Positions 19,147-27,297 of a stretch of DNA of 64,000 bases are shown in pieces (position 1 is the stretch's first letter; every line of letters starts with the position of its first letter). The position numbers and the translations under genes are program-made. The notes beneath the pieces are model-generated. The model made no database searches. It had not been told where the DNA came from and saw only the letters and a list, made by a program, of their open reading frames with translations. The DNA comes from Deltaproteobacteria bacterium (lineage in GTDB: Bacteria > Myxococcota > Kuafuiibacteriia > Kuafuiibacteriales > Kuafuiibacteriaceae), in the NCBI GenBank assembly GCA_040218735.1, contig JAVJQW010000058.1, positions 64,001-128,000 of the forward strand, read 5' to 3'.

Positions 19147-20222
19147 CACGCCGACTTCCCTTCCGACGCACGACGTTCGAAGCCGCCGAGGGTCCCCTCG
19201 AGCTGCTTGATCGTGAAGGTCCACGGACCTTGCTCCCAGCCCTTCGGGAACGGCGGGGCCTTGACGCCCATCTCGCGCATGTCCGCCGCGCAGCGCGCGA
19301 TCGCCTGCCCGAGCTCGCACTTCTTCAGGAGCGTCCGCGCCTTCGAGATCGACGCCTCCGCCTGCGACGGGGACATCTTCGACGTGTCGGCGAGGTTGGC
19401 GCTCCATGCCTTCTTCGCCATCGCCCGCGCGGCGTCCGTGTCGCCCTCGGTGACGTCGGCGAGTGCCTCGATCATCGCGACCTGGATCTCGACGAGCTCG
19501 ACATGTGGATCACCGGCGTCCGGCTGCTCGGGCGTCGTGACGGCGCCCTCCTCGGGCTCCTCCACCGGCGTGGGGGTGTCGTCGGGCGGTGCCTCCTCAA
19601 GCGACTCGACGACGGCCTGCGCGAGCTTCGCGTCGTTGTCCTTCGCCCCGTCGTCGACCACGGTGACCGACACGACGTCGACCTCCCCGTCGAGGATGTC
19701 CTCGCCGGTGGCCATGCCGTGGATTTGCTCCGACCACTCCTGCCGCGCGAGGCGCGACGCGCAGCGGTTCGAGAGCATGATCTCGGGCTCCGTCTTGTAC
19801 TTGGCATTGCGCTGGGCGTAGCCGGCGTCGTGCGCGTCCTGGATCGTGAACGTCTTCGCGATCTCCGGACGGCCCTTCCGCTTCGAGCGCCACACCGCGC
19901 GCGTTGGCGTGGACTCCACGCACTCGAAGAACTCGCACTCGGGATGCTGACGAACGAGCGAGACGAGCAGCCACGTGTACCAGGCGGGGCGGCCGTTCAC
20001 GGTGTAGAGGCCCTCGAACGCCTGGACCGCGCTGAGTCCGAGCGAACGCCCCCACATCGCGACGACGACCGCCTGCTCGGGCGTCTTGATGTGGGGGAAG
20101 ATGCCGGACTGAACGATCTCCCGGCCGAGCTCCTTCAGCTCGGCGAGCGACCCGGGTTCGAAGGCGTACGGGTCGAGGGCTACGGTGCTCCGACGAGCGA
20201 TTGCTTGCGGCTGCGCAGTCAT
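19146..20222 (-). CDS. RecT-like ssDNA annealing protein, 358 aa
   Basis: 'WGRSLGLSAVQAFEGLYTVNGRP', 'YKTEPEIMLSNRCASRLAR'; same operon as YqaJ exonuclease. Confidence 0.8.
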   Translation of the reverse strand: MTAQPQAIARRSTVALDPYAFEPGSLAELKELGREIVQSGIFPHIKTPEQAVVVAMWGRSLGLSAVQAFEGLYTVNGRPAWYTWLLVSLVRQHPECEFFECVESTPTRAVWRSKRKGRPEIAKTFTIQDAHDAGYAQRNAKYKTEPEIMLSNRCASRLARQEWSEQIHGMATGEDILDGEVDVVSVTVVDDGAKDNDAKLAQAVVESLEEAPPDDTPTPVEEPEEGAVTTPEQPDAGDPHVELVEIQVAMIEALADVTEGDTDAARAMAKKAWSANLADTSKMSPSQAEASISKARTLLKKCELGQAIARCAADMREMGVKAPPFPKGWEQGPWTFTIKQLEGTLGGFERRASEGKSA

Positions 20223-20223
20223 G

Positions 20224-20778
20224 TCAGCGCACCACTTCCAGCGGCGACGGCGGGGGCACGTTCGCCTTCACGTTCTTCGGGTTGCTCTTGCCGCCGGCGT
20301 TGGGGCTCGCCGGCTTCTTCACCTCACCCGGCTCGGGCGGGCCCGCGTCCTTCTTCGGCGTCTCCTTCTTCGGGGGCGCCGCGCCCTTTTTCTTGGGCGG
20401 GGGCGACGCGGCGTTGTCGATCTCGAGCTGGCGCTCGGCGGCGCGCATCGCGCGCGAGCTGATGACCTCCTTCGTGTCGGTGCGGATGACCTCGACCACG
20501 TTCCGGTCGAAGCTCATGCGCTCGACGCAGATGACCTCGCGCTCCTCGCGGCGCGCGATGAGCACGCGGTGCGCGGCGGCGATCTGCTCGCGGATCTCCT
20601 TGACGAGGCCGTTGTAAGTCGAGACGGCTTCGGAGCGCTTCGCGATCGTCGCGTCGCATCGCGACATCAGCTCGAGCAGCTCGTCCGTCTTCTGCTGGAT
20701 CTCCTTGTCGGTGAGGTCGACCGGGAGGTTCTTGATCACCTCGCGCTCGCGGACGTCTTCTTTGTTGGGTGCGGTCAT
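20224..20778 (-). CDS. Hypothetical phage protein, 184 aa (coiled coil, Lys/Pro-rich tail)
   Basis: Clean coupled ORF with plausible composition. Confidence 0.7.
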   Translation of the reverse strand: MTAPNKEDVREREVIKNLPVDLTDKEIQQKTDELLELMSRCDATIAKRSEAVSTYNGLVKEIREQIAAAHRVLIARREEREVICVERMSFDRNVVEVIRTDTKEVISSRAMRAAERQLEIDNAASPPPKKKGAAPPKKETPKKDAGPPEPGEVKKPASPNAGGKSNPKNVKANVPPPSPLEVVR

Positions 20779-21050
20779 TCGGTCTCCAGGTGGGCCAAGG
20801 GCCCGGTTGAGGCGGGCGCGGCCCGCGGGGTTCGAAGGGGATCAGCGGGAGCGAGCTCGGGTATCGCGGCGGCCGTGGCGGCCTTCACCTGCTCGTGCAG
20901 CCGGGCCCACGCTTGGAGGGGCCGCTCGAGGTCGGGCGGAAGGTCGATGCGGCCGGTGACCCACGCGGCGTAGATCTCGACGACGACGCCGAACTGCGCG
21001 CCGTGCTCTTGCTCCTCGAGGAGAGCGACCGAGAACGCGGGGGCGTTCAT
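20775..21050 (-). CDS. Hypothetical phage protein, 91 aa
   Basis: ATGA overlaps at both ends. Confidence 0.6.
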   Translation of the reverse strand: MNAPAFSVALLEEQEHGAQFGVVVEIYAAWVTGRIDLPPDLERPLQAWARLHEQVKAATAAAIPELAPADPLRTPRAAPASTGPLAHLETE

Positions 21051-21655
21051 GACCGAACCTCGGCGACCTTGAACTCGCAGGCCCACACCTCGGGGTTGCG
21101 GTTCCACACGAGGAAGCGGTTCTTGCCGTAGATCTCGTTCCAGGCCTTGAGGAACACCGTGCGCGCGTGTTCGTCGCGCTCTGCTTCCAGCGTCCAGGGG
21201 TGGTCTGCGACGGTGTAGTCCACATCGGGGACGTCGAATCCCTCGGCGATGATGTCGCTCGTCGTGATATCGCGGAGGCGCTGAAGCCGAACCGCGGTCA
21301 CCTTGAGCGTGATTCGGGAGGCCGCGCGCGGCATGTGGATCGACGGTCGCCAGCCGAATCCGTTCTCGCGCCAGCACGCCCAGCACGACGACGTGTTCCC
21401 GGGTTTGCAGTCGCGGTTGAGGTGGATCGGATTCCTCGCGAAGGCGTCCGGGTCCGCGTACAGGTCCGCCGCGTACATGAACTCGGAGTGCGGGTAGAAG
21501 AAGTGCCCCGGCGCGAACGTCTCGCGCACCCAGAGTCGATCGCCTGGCTCGCCGAACAGTGTGCGGGGCTGCACGGGGCGGCGCGTCTGCGTCTTCTTGC
21601 CGGCGAGGATGGCGCGCACCATCTCCCCCGAGAAGAGGATCGGACGCTCCTTCAT
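21047..21655 (-). CDS. ASCH-domain phage protein, 202 aa
   Basis: MKERPILFSGEMVRAILAGKKTQTRR, GDRLWVRETF, WRPSIHMPRAASRITL, NPEVW motifs. Confidence 0.88.
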   Translation of the reverse strand: MKERPILFSGEMVRAILAGKKTQTRRPVQPRTLFGEPGDRLWVRETFAPGHFFYPHSEFMYAADLYADPDAFARNPIHLNRDCKPGNTSSCWACWRENGFGWRPSIHMPRAASRITLKVTAVRLQRLRDITTSDIIAEGFDVPDVDYTVADHPWTLEAERDEHARTVFLKAWNEIYGKNRFLVWNRNPEVWACEFKVAEVRS

Positions 21656-22650
21656 GACCGCACGTCCAGCTGGCGATACGACTCGCCGCGGTGGAACTCT
21701 TCGAGCTCCTTCCGCTCCTTCGGACCGATGTCGAGGCGACGGCAGAGGTCGTCGACCATGTCCTTGTACGAGGTGCGGCCGCTCAGGTTGCCCCAGCGCA
21801 CCGACCCGCCTCCGGGCAGCTTGAAGCCCACGCCGTCGCCGATCGTCTCCTCGATGAGGTGGGCGACCTGGTCCTTCTTCGCCTCGAGGTCTTTGATCTG
21901 CCGGTTGAGCTCGGCGTGCCGCTCGGCGAGCTCGACCTGGCGATCGGTCGGCGTCTCGCTCAGCTTCCCCTTGCCCTCGGGGTGTCGACGTTCGAGCTCG
22001 CGACGCCAGCCGCGGGAGCCGTCGATCGGCACGGGGAGGCCGCGCTCGATGTGGTCGCGGTACCACTTCTCGGCGCGCTCGAGCAGCGCGAGGCCGATGT
22101 CGAGGTTCCTCGGCACGCGGTAGCCGCGCAGCTCGTGACCGTTCACCGAGACGGCGACGTCGGCGACGTCGACCTCGGGGATCTCGGTGTTGCGCCAGAA
22201 GTCGCGGTCGAGGTGAATCGCGGCGAGCTGGGCCTGCACCTGCGCGGCGACGTTCGGCGCGACTTTGGAGGTGCCGTCCTCGCCCCACCCCTGCGCCTGC
22301 AGCGCGCGCCACTCGCGCGACTTCACCTCGATCACGTGCGGCTCGGGGACGATGACGAAGTCGAGGGAGTAGCGAAGCCACGGCCGGCCGGGGACGGCGC
22401 CGGCGCGGCTCTCCGGCTTGTCGAGCAGCGCGGGATCGAGACCGAGGCGTCGCTTCGCGAAGACGGCCGCGGTGCCGTACTCGTGCTCGTTGCCGAGGTC
22501 GCCAGCGACCTGGAGCCACTCCGGCGCGTGCGGGCTGAAGCTGTGGACGATCCGGTTCCGCAGGTCGATCGGCGCCCGGTACTTGTCGAGGCCGATGATC
22601 GTCGGGATGTCCGAGCAGCCGACGAGGCTGAGGTCGAGGCTATGCGACAC
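21652..22650 (-). CDS. YqaJ-like (lambda exonuclease family) recombination nuclease, ~332 aa
   Basis: 'VGCSDIPTIIGLDKY', 'LGNEHE', 'SLDF', 'IEVKS', 'QVQAQL'. Confidence 0.85.
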   Translation of the reverse strand: MSHSLDLSLVGCSDIPTIIGLDKYRAPIDLRNRIVHSFSPHAPEWLQVAGDLGNEHEYGTAAVFAKRRLGLDPALLDKPESRAGAVPGRPWLRYSLDFVIVPEPHVIEVKSREWRALQAQGWGEDGTSKVAPNVAAQVQAQLAAIHLDRDFWRNTEIPEVDVADVAVSVNGHELRGYRVPRNLDIGLALLERAEKWYRDHIERGLPVPIDGSRGWRRELERRHPEGKGKLSETPTDRQVELAERHAELNRQIKDLEAKKDQVAHLIEETIGDGVGFKLPGGGSVRWGNLSGRTSYKDMVDDLCRRLDIGPKERKELEEFHRGESYRQLDVRS

Positions 22651-23530
22651 GGCGCACCTCCGGCACTTGGTCCCAGGTGCGGCCGTCGAGCTCGCGGCCC
22701 GCGGCCTTCTTGCCCAACAGCATCGTGATGTCCGAATCGCCGGCCGGCGCCCAAGCACCCCACTGCTTGAACAGGAACGCCGTCCCCGCCTCGACGCACT
22801 GATCGCGAAGCGATCGCGCCCAGTCGGGATGCATGGGCCGCGCGCCGGGGCCGCTTTCGCCGCCGCAGATAACCCAATCGAGCACGGCGCCGTTCCACTC
22901 GTCGTCCTCGGGATCGACGTCGCAGTGCAGCGCGTTGTGGCCGTGCACCCCGACGGCCATCGGGCGCACCAGGTCGGTCAGGTTGATCGCCTCGAGCATC
23001 GGCTCGACGCTGACGAAGCGGCACACGGCGGGCGTGGCGAGGAGCAGCGGGATGCGTCGGGCCGCGTCGGCCTGCGTTTCGGCGGTGACGCCGAGCCAGA
23101 CGTGCGGCCAGGGCTCGTCGAACTGCCCCATTGCTTCGAACCAAGGAAGCATTCGACGGAAGTTCTCCGGGCGCTTTGTGAGCAGCAGCCAGTCGAGGTG
23201 GGGCGTCGCGCTGATGAGCAGCCACAGGCGCCGCCGATGCTCGATGAGGTCGTCGCGGTCCTCGAACACGTCCGCCATCGACGCGCAGAACACCCGCTCG
23301 CGAACTCCGGTGCGCTCCGCGCGCGCGTTCCACTTCAGCGGCTCGGCCCAACGCTTGTCGCCGAAGAAACGACGCGGCGCCTCGGGGCCCCAGTGCTCGT
23401 TTCCGATGCCGTGGACGCGCTTGTCGAACGTCTCCGCGTAGCAGTTGCGGCACGCCTCCGAGACGCGCGTGCACCCCCACCACGGGTTGAAGGTGTGATC
23501 GGTCCACTCGATCTTCGAGAGAGCGCCCAT
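22640..23530 (-). CDS. Phage Gp37/Gp68 (DUF5131) family protein, 296 aa
   Basis: SKIEWTDHTFNPWWGCTRVSEACRNCYAE, VFCASMADVFE, LLTKRPEN, WVICGGESG, FKQWG. Confidence 0.92.
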   Translation of the reverse strand: MGALSKIEWTDHTFNPWWGCTRVSEACRNCYAETFDKRVHGIGNEHWGPEAPRRFFGDKRWAEPLKWNARAERTGVRERVFCASMADVFEDRDDLIEHRRRLWLLISATPHLDWLLLTKRPENFRRMLPWFEAMGQFDEPWPHVWLGVTAETQADAARRIPLLLATPAVCRFVSVEPMLEAINLTDLVRPMAVGVHGHNALHCDVDPEDDEWNGAVLDWVICGGESGPGARPMHPDWARSLRDQCVEAGTAFLFKQWGAWAPAGDSDITMLLGKKAAGRELDGRTWDQVPEVRRVA

Positions 23531-23754
23531 CAGTAGCCCCTTCCCTGCAGATAGAGCTTCGCGGCATCGAGGCACGAGCCGTACGTCTCCACGACGCGCG
23601 CGTCGGTCTCGTACCGCTTCACGAGCTCGGCGGTCTGCGTCGCCGTGCTGACCATCTGCGTGTTCGCGGTGATCTGCAGGCCGAAGGCCCGGACCAACTT
23701 CGCGAGCTCCGTCGTCGTCGTCGCCGCGTGCAGCTGCTCGAGGTAGTCCGTCAC
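23530..23754 (-). CDS. Hypothetical phage protein, 74 aa
   Basis: Coupled ORF with RBS GGAGG. Confidence 0.6.
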   Translation of the reverse strand: MTDYLEQLHAATTTTELAKLVRAFGLQITANTQMVSTATQTAELVKRYETDARVVETYGSCLDAAKLYLQGRGY

Positions 23755-23936
23755 CGGGCACCTCCGTCGAAGCCGCGGCGGGCGAACAGGGCCTTGCGAA
23801 CGTCGCCGAGCGCGCGGACGTACTTGGACTGCGTCGGCTCCGCGGCGCGCGCGCGCTTCAGCGACGCTTCAAGCTGGCGAAGCTGCGCTTCGGGCCACCA
23901 TCGGATGAGGTCGAACGTGATCGCTTCGAGGTTCAT
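23751..23936 (-). CDS. Hypothetical phage protein, 61 aa
   Basis: ATGA coupling, RBS GGGAG. Confidence 0.55.
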   Translation of the reverse strand: MNLEAITFDLIRWWPEAQLRQLEASLKRARAAEPTQSKYVRALGDVRKALFARRGFDGGAR

Positions 23937-24205
23937 GCGTGCTCCCGCCAGCGGCGAACGCCCTGGCTCACTGCCTGTCGAGAGACGCCGACGACCTCGG
24001 CGATCCCGGTAAGGGTCCAGCCGCCGTCCGCGAGGGAAGCCCACGCAAAGTGACGAAGTCGGCTGGGGTACATCGGTTCGAGCGCAGCCGGGCGCGCCGC
24101 CGGCGGCACGACGAGGGCGCTTCGCTCGGCGCCGGACGCGAGCAGCCGGACGCGTCCGGTCGGACGCAGCTCGAGGACGGGATTCGGGAAGCGGTCAGCG
24201 GCCAC
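23933..24205 (-). CDS. Small HTH protein, ~90 aa
   Basis: 'WTLTGIAEVVGVSRQAVSQ' HTH; GTG start after GGAGG. Confidence 0.7.
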   Translation of the reverse strand: MAADRFPNPVLELRPTGRVRLLASGAERSALVVPPAARPAALEPMYPSRLRHFAWASLADGGWTLTGIAEVVGVSRQAVSQGVRRWREHA

Positions 24206-24587
24206 GGCGCACCTCCGCGAACATCTCGATCCGCACCGTGTACTGGCGCACTGCGCCACGGCGCTGCGCGAACTCGAATCGTAGGTTGGGGTGCGCGTCG
24301 TTCGGGTAGCCGATGCAGCGGCAGATCTCGTCCTTCACGAACTTGAAGGCGTCGCGGAGGTTGTCGTCGTCGTCGAACGCACGCGGGGCGATCCGCGTGA
24401 ACCGAAGGAGCACCGGGCCCGGGGGCGTCGGTCGACCTGCGTCGCGCCACGCCGCGCGCGTCGCGTCCTTGTCGTGGTCCTTCGCCTTCTTCACCAGGGC
24501 CCAGTGCGTCTTGGGCCCGAGGTTGGCGTAGCCGGTGAGGCGATGGTCCCACTCGACCGTCGCCTCCCATGCGATCGTCGTCGTCAC
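24195..24587 (-). CDS. RusA-like Holliday junction resolvase, ~130 aa
   Basis: 'PRAFDDDDNLRDAFKFVKDEI...ND' matches RusA D-x-D-N-x-x-K-x-x-x-D pattern loosely. Confidence 0.75.
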   Translation of the reverse strand: MTTTIAWEATVEWDHRLTGYANLGPKTHWALVKKAKDHDKDATRAAWRDAGRPTPPGPVLLRFTRIAPRAFDDDDNLRDAFKFVKDEICRCIGYPNDAHPNLRFEFAQRRGAVRQYTVRIEMFAEVRRGR

Positions 24588-25258
24588 GGGGTGGTCTCCT
24601 CGCCGAGCTCGTTCCCCCAGTGCGCCCAGCCTTCGCGGTCGCGCCGAGCGAACAGCTCGAGGTACGGGCCGGGGTTGAGCTTCTCGACCTTCGCGAGCAG
24701 CTCGTCCGGCTTGCGTGAATGCTCCGCGCGCGGCGCGATGATCACGGACGACTCGCCGCGCGCCTCCTTCGCGGCCGTCATCCCGCCGCGGGTGCAGACG
24801 AGACAGAGCTCGTGCGCCACGCGGACGTACGAACCCATGCCGATCTGCTGAACGATGCGGACGGCGCGCTCGATGATCTTCGTCGCGTCGCCGACCTTCG
24901 TGAGGTTGCCGGCGACCTTCCAGAGCAGCTCGCGCACGAAGCCCGCGTCGATCGTCGGGCGCGCCTTCACCCAGACGATCTGGGACTTCGGCTCGTAGCC
25001 CCACGCACGCGCGACGCGGAAGCCGTCCTCGAGGAACGACGCCGTCACCCACAAGTAGAGCTGCGATCGGTCCGCGCCGAGGACGCCGACCGGAAGCTCG
25101 CAGATCTCCGCGACGCTCATGGTCGGGTAGGGCGGCTTGATCCGCGTCGCCTTGCCCGCGGTGTAGTCCCACGGCGGGTCGGCGACGATCGCGCCGAAGC
25201 CCTCGCGGACGAAGGGGAGGGGCTGCTCGTCGACGAGCTGCTCGGCGGTCAGGGTCAT
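24584..25258 (-). CDS. MT-A70 family adenine methyltransferase, ~224 aa
   Basis: IVADPPW, YPTMS, LYLWVT, AWGY, IVWVK, HSRKPDE, LELFAR, WGNE. Confidence 0.92.
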   Translation of the reverse strand: MTLTAEQLVDEQPLPFVREGFGAIVADPPWDYTAGKATRIKPPYPTMSVAEICELPVGVLGADRSQLYLWVTASFLEDGFRVARAWGYEPKSQIVWVKARPTIDAGFVRELLWKVAGNLTKVGDATKIIERAVRIVQQIGMGSYVRVAHELCLVCTRGGMTAAKEARGESSVIIAPRAEHSRKPDELLAKVEKLNPGPYLELFARRDREGWAHWGNELGEETTP

Positions 25259-25497
25259 GAACGACCTCCCAGCGCACCCGCGACGGCGGCGAGCGCTACG
25301 GCGAAGAGACCCCGCGGCGACGTGAGGCCCACGGCGTCGAGCGCCGCGACGACGGTCGCGACCACGAACACGGAGACGATGACGGCCCCGACGCAGACGT
25401 GGAGGAGCCACAGCAGGTCGAGCACGCGGCGAACCCAGCGCGGCGCCGGCGGACTCAACGCGGGGCGCGCGAACAGATCGCGAAGAGGCTCACGCAT
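25255..25497 (-). CDS. Small two-TM membrane protein, 80 aa
   Basis: Two hydrophobic segments; overlaps integrase end. Confidence 0.6.
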   Translation of the reverse strand: MREPLRDLFARPALSPPAPRWVRRVLDLLWLLHVCVGAVIVSVFVVATVVAALDAVGLTSPRGLFAVALAAVAGALGGRS

Positions 25498-26644
25498 CCG
25501 CGATCTCCTCGATCAGCGAGCGCGGTAGCTCGAGAAGGTCGACGGCCCGGATCCGCGCCGCGAAGTCCTCTCCACTGTGGTCGTACCAGCCGAACGCGGA
25601 CTGCTTGTCGAAGCGCTCAGCCCCCGTGCAGGTGTGCGTCATGGCCTGCACGAGGTCCTTCGGAGCGCCGGCGAGGCGGAGCTGCGTCACGCCCGTGTGG
25701 CGCGCCGAGTACATGTCGCGCTGCTTGCCCGTGACAGGCGGGATCCCCAGCGCGTCGAGGTTCTTGCGCCAGCGTTCGATCGCGCACCCCTGCATCCAGC
25801 GGTGGCGGCCGTCGCGCATGAAGATCAGCTCGTCCGATGGGGGAGCCTCCCCGCGCTCGAGCGTGCGCCGCGCGAACGTCGTGTCGAGGATCGCCTTGAA
25901 GAGCGGATGGACGGCGACGTCGCGAGGCTCGCCAGACTTGGTCGGGCCGACGGTCCGGCCCTTCGAGCGCCATGAACGCGCGACGTTGAGCCTGCGAGCC
26001 TGCGCGTCGTAGTCGAACCAACGCGCCTCGAAGAGCTCGCCCGGGCGCAACATCCCGAGCAGCGCTCCTGTGAACAACGCGCGTTCGTCGAAGTCCGGGG
26101 TCAGGTAGATGACCCTGGCCACCGCCTCAGGCGACAGCACCTCGCGGGGTCGCTTCGTTTTGTCCTGCGGTCCCTTCGGCGGCAGAACGCCCCCGGGGAA
26201 GTCGCGCCATGGCGAGCGCTCGATGGCGCCGGAGTCCTCGCAGAACTTGAAGAACGTCCGCGAGTACACCGCCTGCGTTCGGACGGTGGACCCGGCGCGG
26301 CACGACTTCAGCGCCGCGACCCACGCCTCGAGGTGGCGCGTGGTGATCTGGTGAACCTTGAACCGCCCGAACTGCGGGATGAGGTGCTGTCGAAGGAAGG
26401 AGCGGAAGGCCTCCATCGTCGAGGGGCGGATATCGCCACGCTTCAGGCGCTCAGCTTCATGGGCGAGCCAGCGACCGGCGGCTTCGGGCAGCTCCCAGAT
26501 GACAGGGTCGGGGACGGGCTGCAGGAAGGCTTCGAACGAAGGCGGCGGGGACGAGACACGCACAGCAGATCGATCGCTGGCGGTCTGACAGATCGGGTCA
26601 GACTGTGCCTCCAGGTGGAGCGCGTTGTTGCCGTCCTGTGTCAT
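25490..26644 (-). CDS. int: Tyrosine recombinase/integrase, 384 aa
   Basis: Catalytic R (LRPGEL), K (PTKSG), Y-S-A-R-H (HxxR variant), H (MTH), Y (GWYDH); N-terminal core-binding domain. Confidence 0.92.
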   Translation of the reverse strand: MTQDGNNALHLEAQSDPICQTASDRSAVRVSSPPPSFEAFLQPVPDPVIWELPEAAGRWLAHEAERLKRGDIRPSTMEAFRSFLRQHLIPQFGRFKVHQITTRHLEAWVAALKSCRAGSTVRTQAVYSRTFFKFCEDSGAIERSPWRDFPGGVLPPKGPQDKTKRPREVLSPEAVARVIYLTPDFDERALFTGALLGMLRPGELFEARWFDYDAQARRLNVARSWRSKGRTVGPTKSGEPRDVAVHPLFKAILDTTFARRTLERGEAPPSDELIFMRDGRHRWMQGCAIERWRKNLDALGIPPVTGKQRDMYSARHTGVTQLRLAGAPKDLVQAMTHTCTGAERFDKQSAFGWYDHSGEDFAARIRAVDLLELPRSLIEEIADA

Positions 26645-26766
26645 CAGGGGGACCCCTCCAAACGAGTTCGAATACCGAGCTGCACTGGGTGCAGCGGAAG
26701 TGTTGGGAGGGCCCTACGCGGCCTTCAGGGACGCGAAATCGAGCTGGGGTGACGATGTCGGCGCGA

Positions 26767-26790
26767 CGGGTTCGAATCCCGCCTTCTCCG
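26767..26790 (+). other. att site: 3' fragment (T-arm + acceptor strand) of a tRNA, probably tRNA-Ser
   Basis: CGGGTTCGAATCCCGCCTTCTCCG with discriminator G; upstream DNA does not form a proper D-arm/anticodon arm; 123 bp from integrase start. Confidence 0.75.
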
Positions 26791-26794
26791 CTCC

Positions 26795-26829
26795 AACGAA
26801 AAGGCCGGCTTACGCCGGCCTTTTTCGTT
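26795..26829 (+). terminator. Rho-independent (bidirectional-looking) terminator after tRNA fragment
   Basis: AACGAAAAGGCCGGC-TTAC-GCCGGCCTTTTTCGTT. Confidence 0.85.
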
Positions 26830-27228
26830 GGCGCGGCTTCGGCGGTCTTCGGGCGACGGCCTGCTGGTCTTCGACCAACAGGCCTTGCAGCGAATCCGCG
26901 ACCGCATTCGCCTGGAGGGTGGGTCTTTCGCCCTGCGTACCCCGGCTCACGCCGGCCTTTTTCGTTGGCGCGGCTTCGGCGGTCTTCGGGCGACGGCCTG
27001 CTGGTCTTCGACCCACAGGCCTTGCAGCGAATCCGCGACCGCATTCGCCTGGAGGGTCTTTCGCCCTGCGTACCCCGGCCTTTTTCGTTGGCGCGGCTCC
27101 GGCGGTCTTCGGGCGACGGCCTGCTGGTCTTCGACCCACAGGCCTTGCAGCGAATCCGCGAACGCATTCGCCTGGAGGGTGGGTCTTTCGCCCTGCGTAC
27201 CCCGGCTCACGCCGGCCTTTTTCGTGGC
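26814..27228 (+). repeat. ~137-bp tandem repeat, ~3 copies
   Basis: Units start GCCGGCCTTTTTCGT at ~26814, 26951, ~27074, 27211 (partial); near-identical, unit 2 has small deletions. Confidence 0.92.
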
Positions 27229-27297
27229 GCCGACCACCGCCTAACCCCTGTCGCTGGTTCGGCCGGAGCTGTAAGAGTATTCCGGTGGAGGGATCGC

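Larger units (their letters stand above)
1..26790 (-). mobile_element. Prophage (siphovirus-like, long non-contractile tail), right part; left end is outside the window
   Basis: Contiguous, mostly overlapping (ATGA/GTGA/TGATG) minus-strand genes: integrase, recombination/replication genes, TerL, portal, capsid, tail tube, tape measure. No sheath gene seen. Bounded by a tRNA 3' fragment at 26767-26790. Confidence 0.93.

Noticed and set aside
26706-26790. Intact tRNA gene
   Set aside because: Only the T-arm and 3' acceptor strand are canonical; no valid D-arm or anticodon stem and the first T-stem pair is mismatched, so treated as an att remnant
1-26790. Diversity-generating retroelement, lysis cassette or anti-phage defence genes in the prophage
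   Set aside because: No reverse transcriptase, TR/VR pair, endolysin or recognisable defence gene in the visible part
26814-27228. CRISPR array
   Set aside because: Whole 137-bp units are repeated with no unique spacers; no cas genes in window
26605-27297. N-terminal extension of the 663-aa ORF and other ORFs across the repeats
   Set aside because: Translations of att/terminator repeats; ATG 27298 has an RBS and signal peptide
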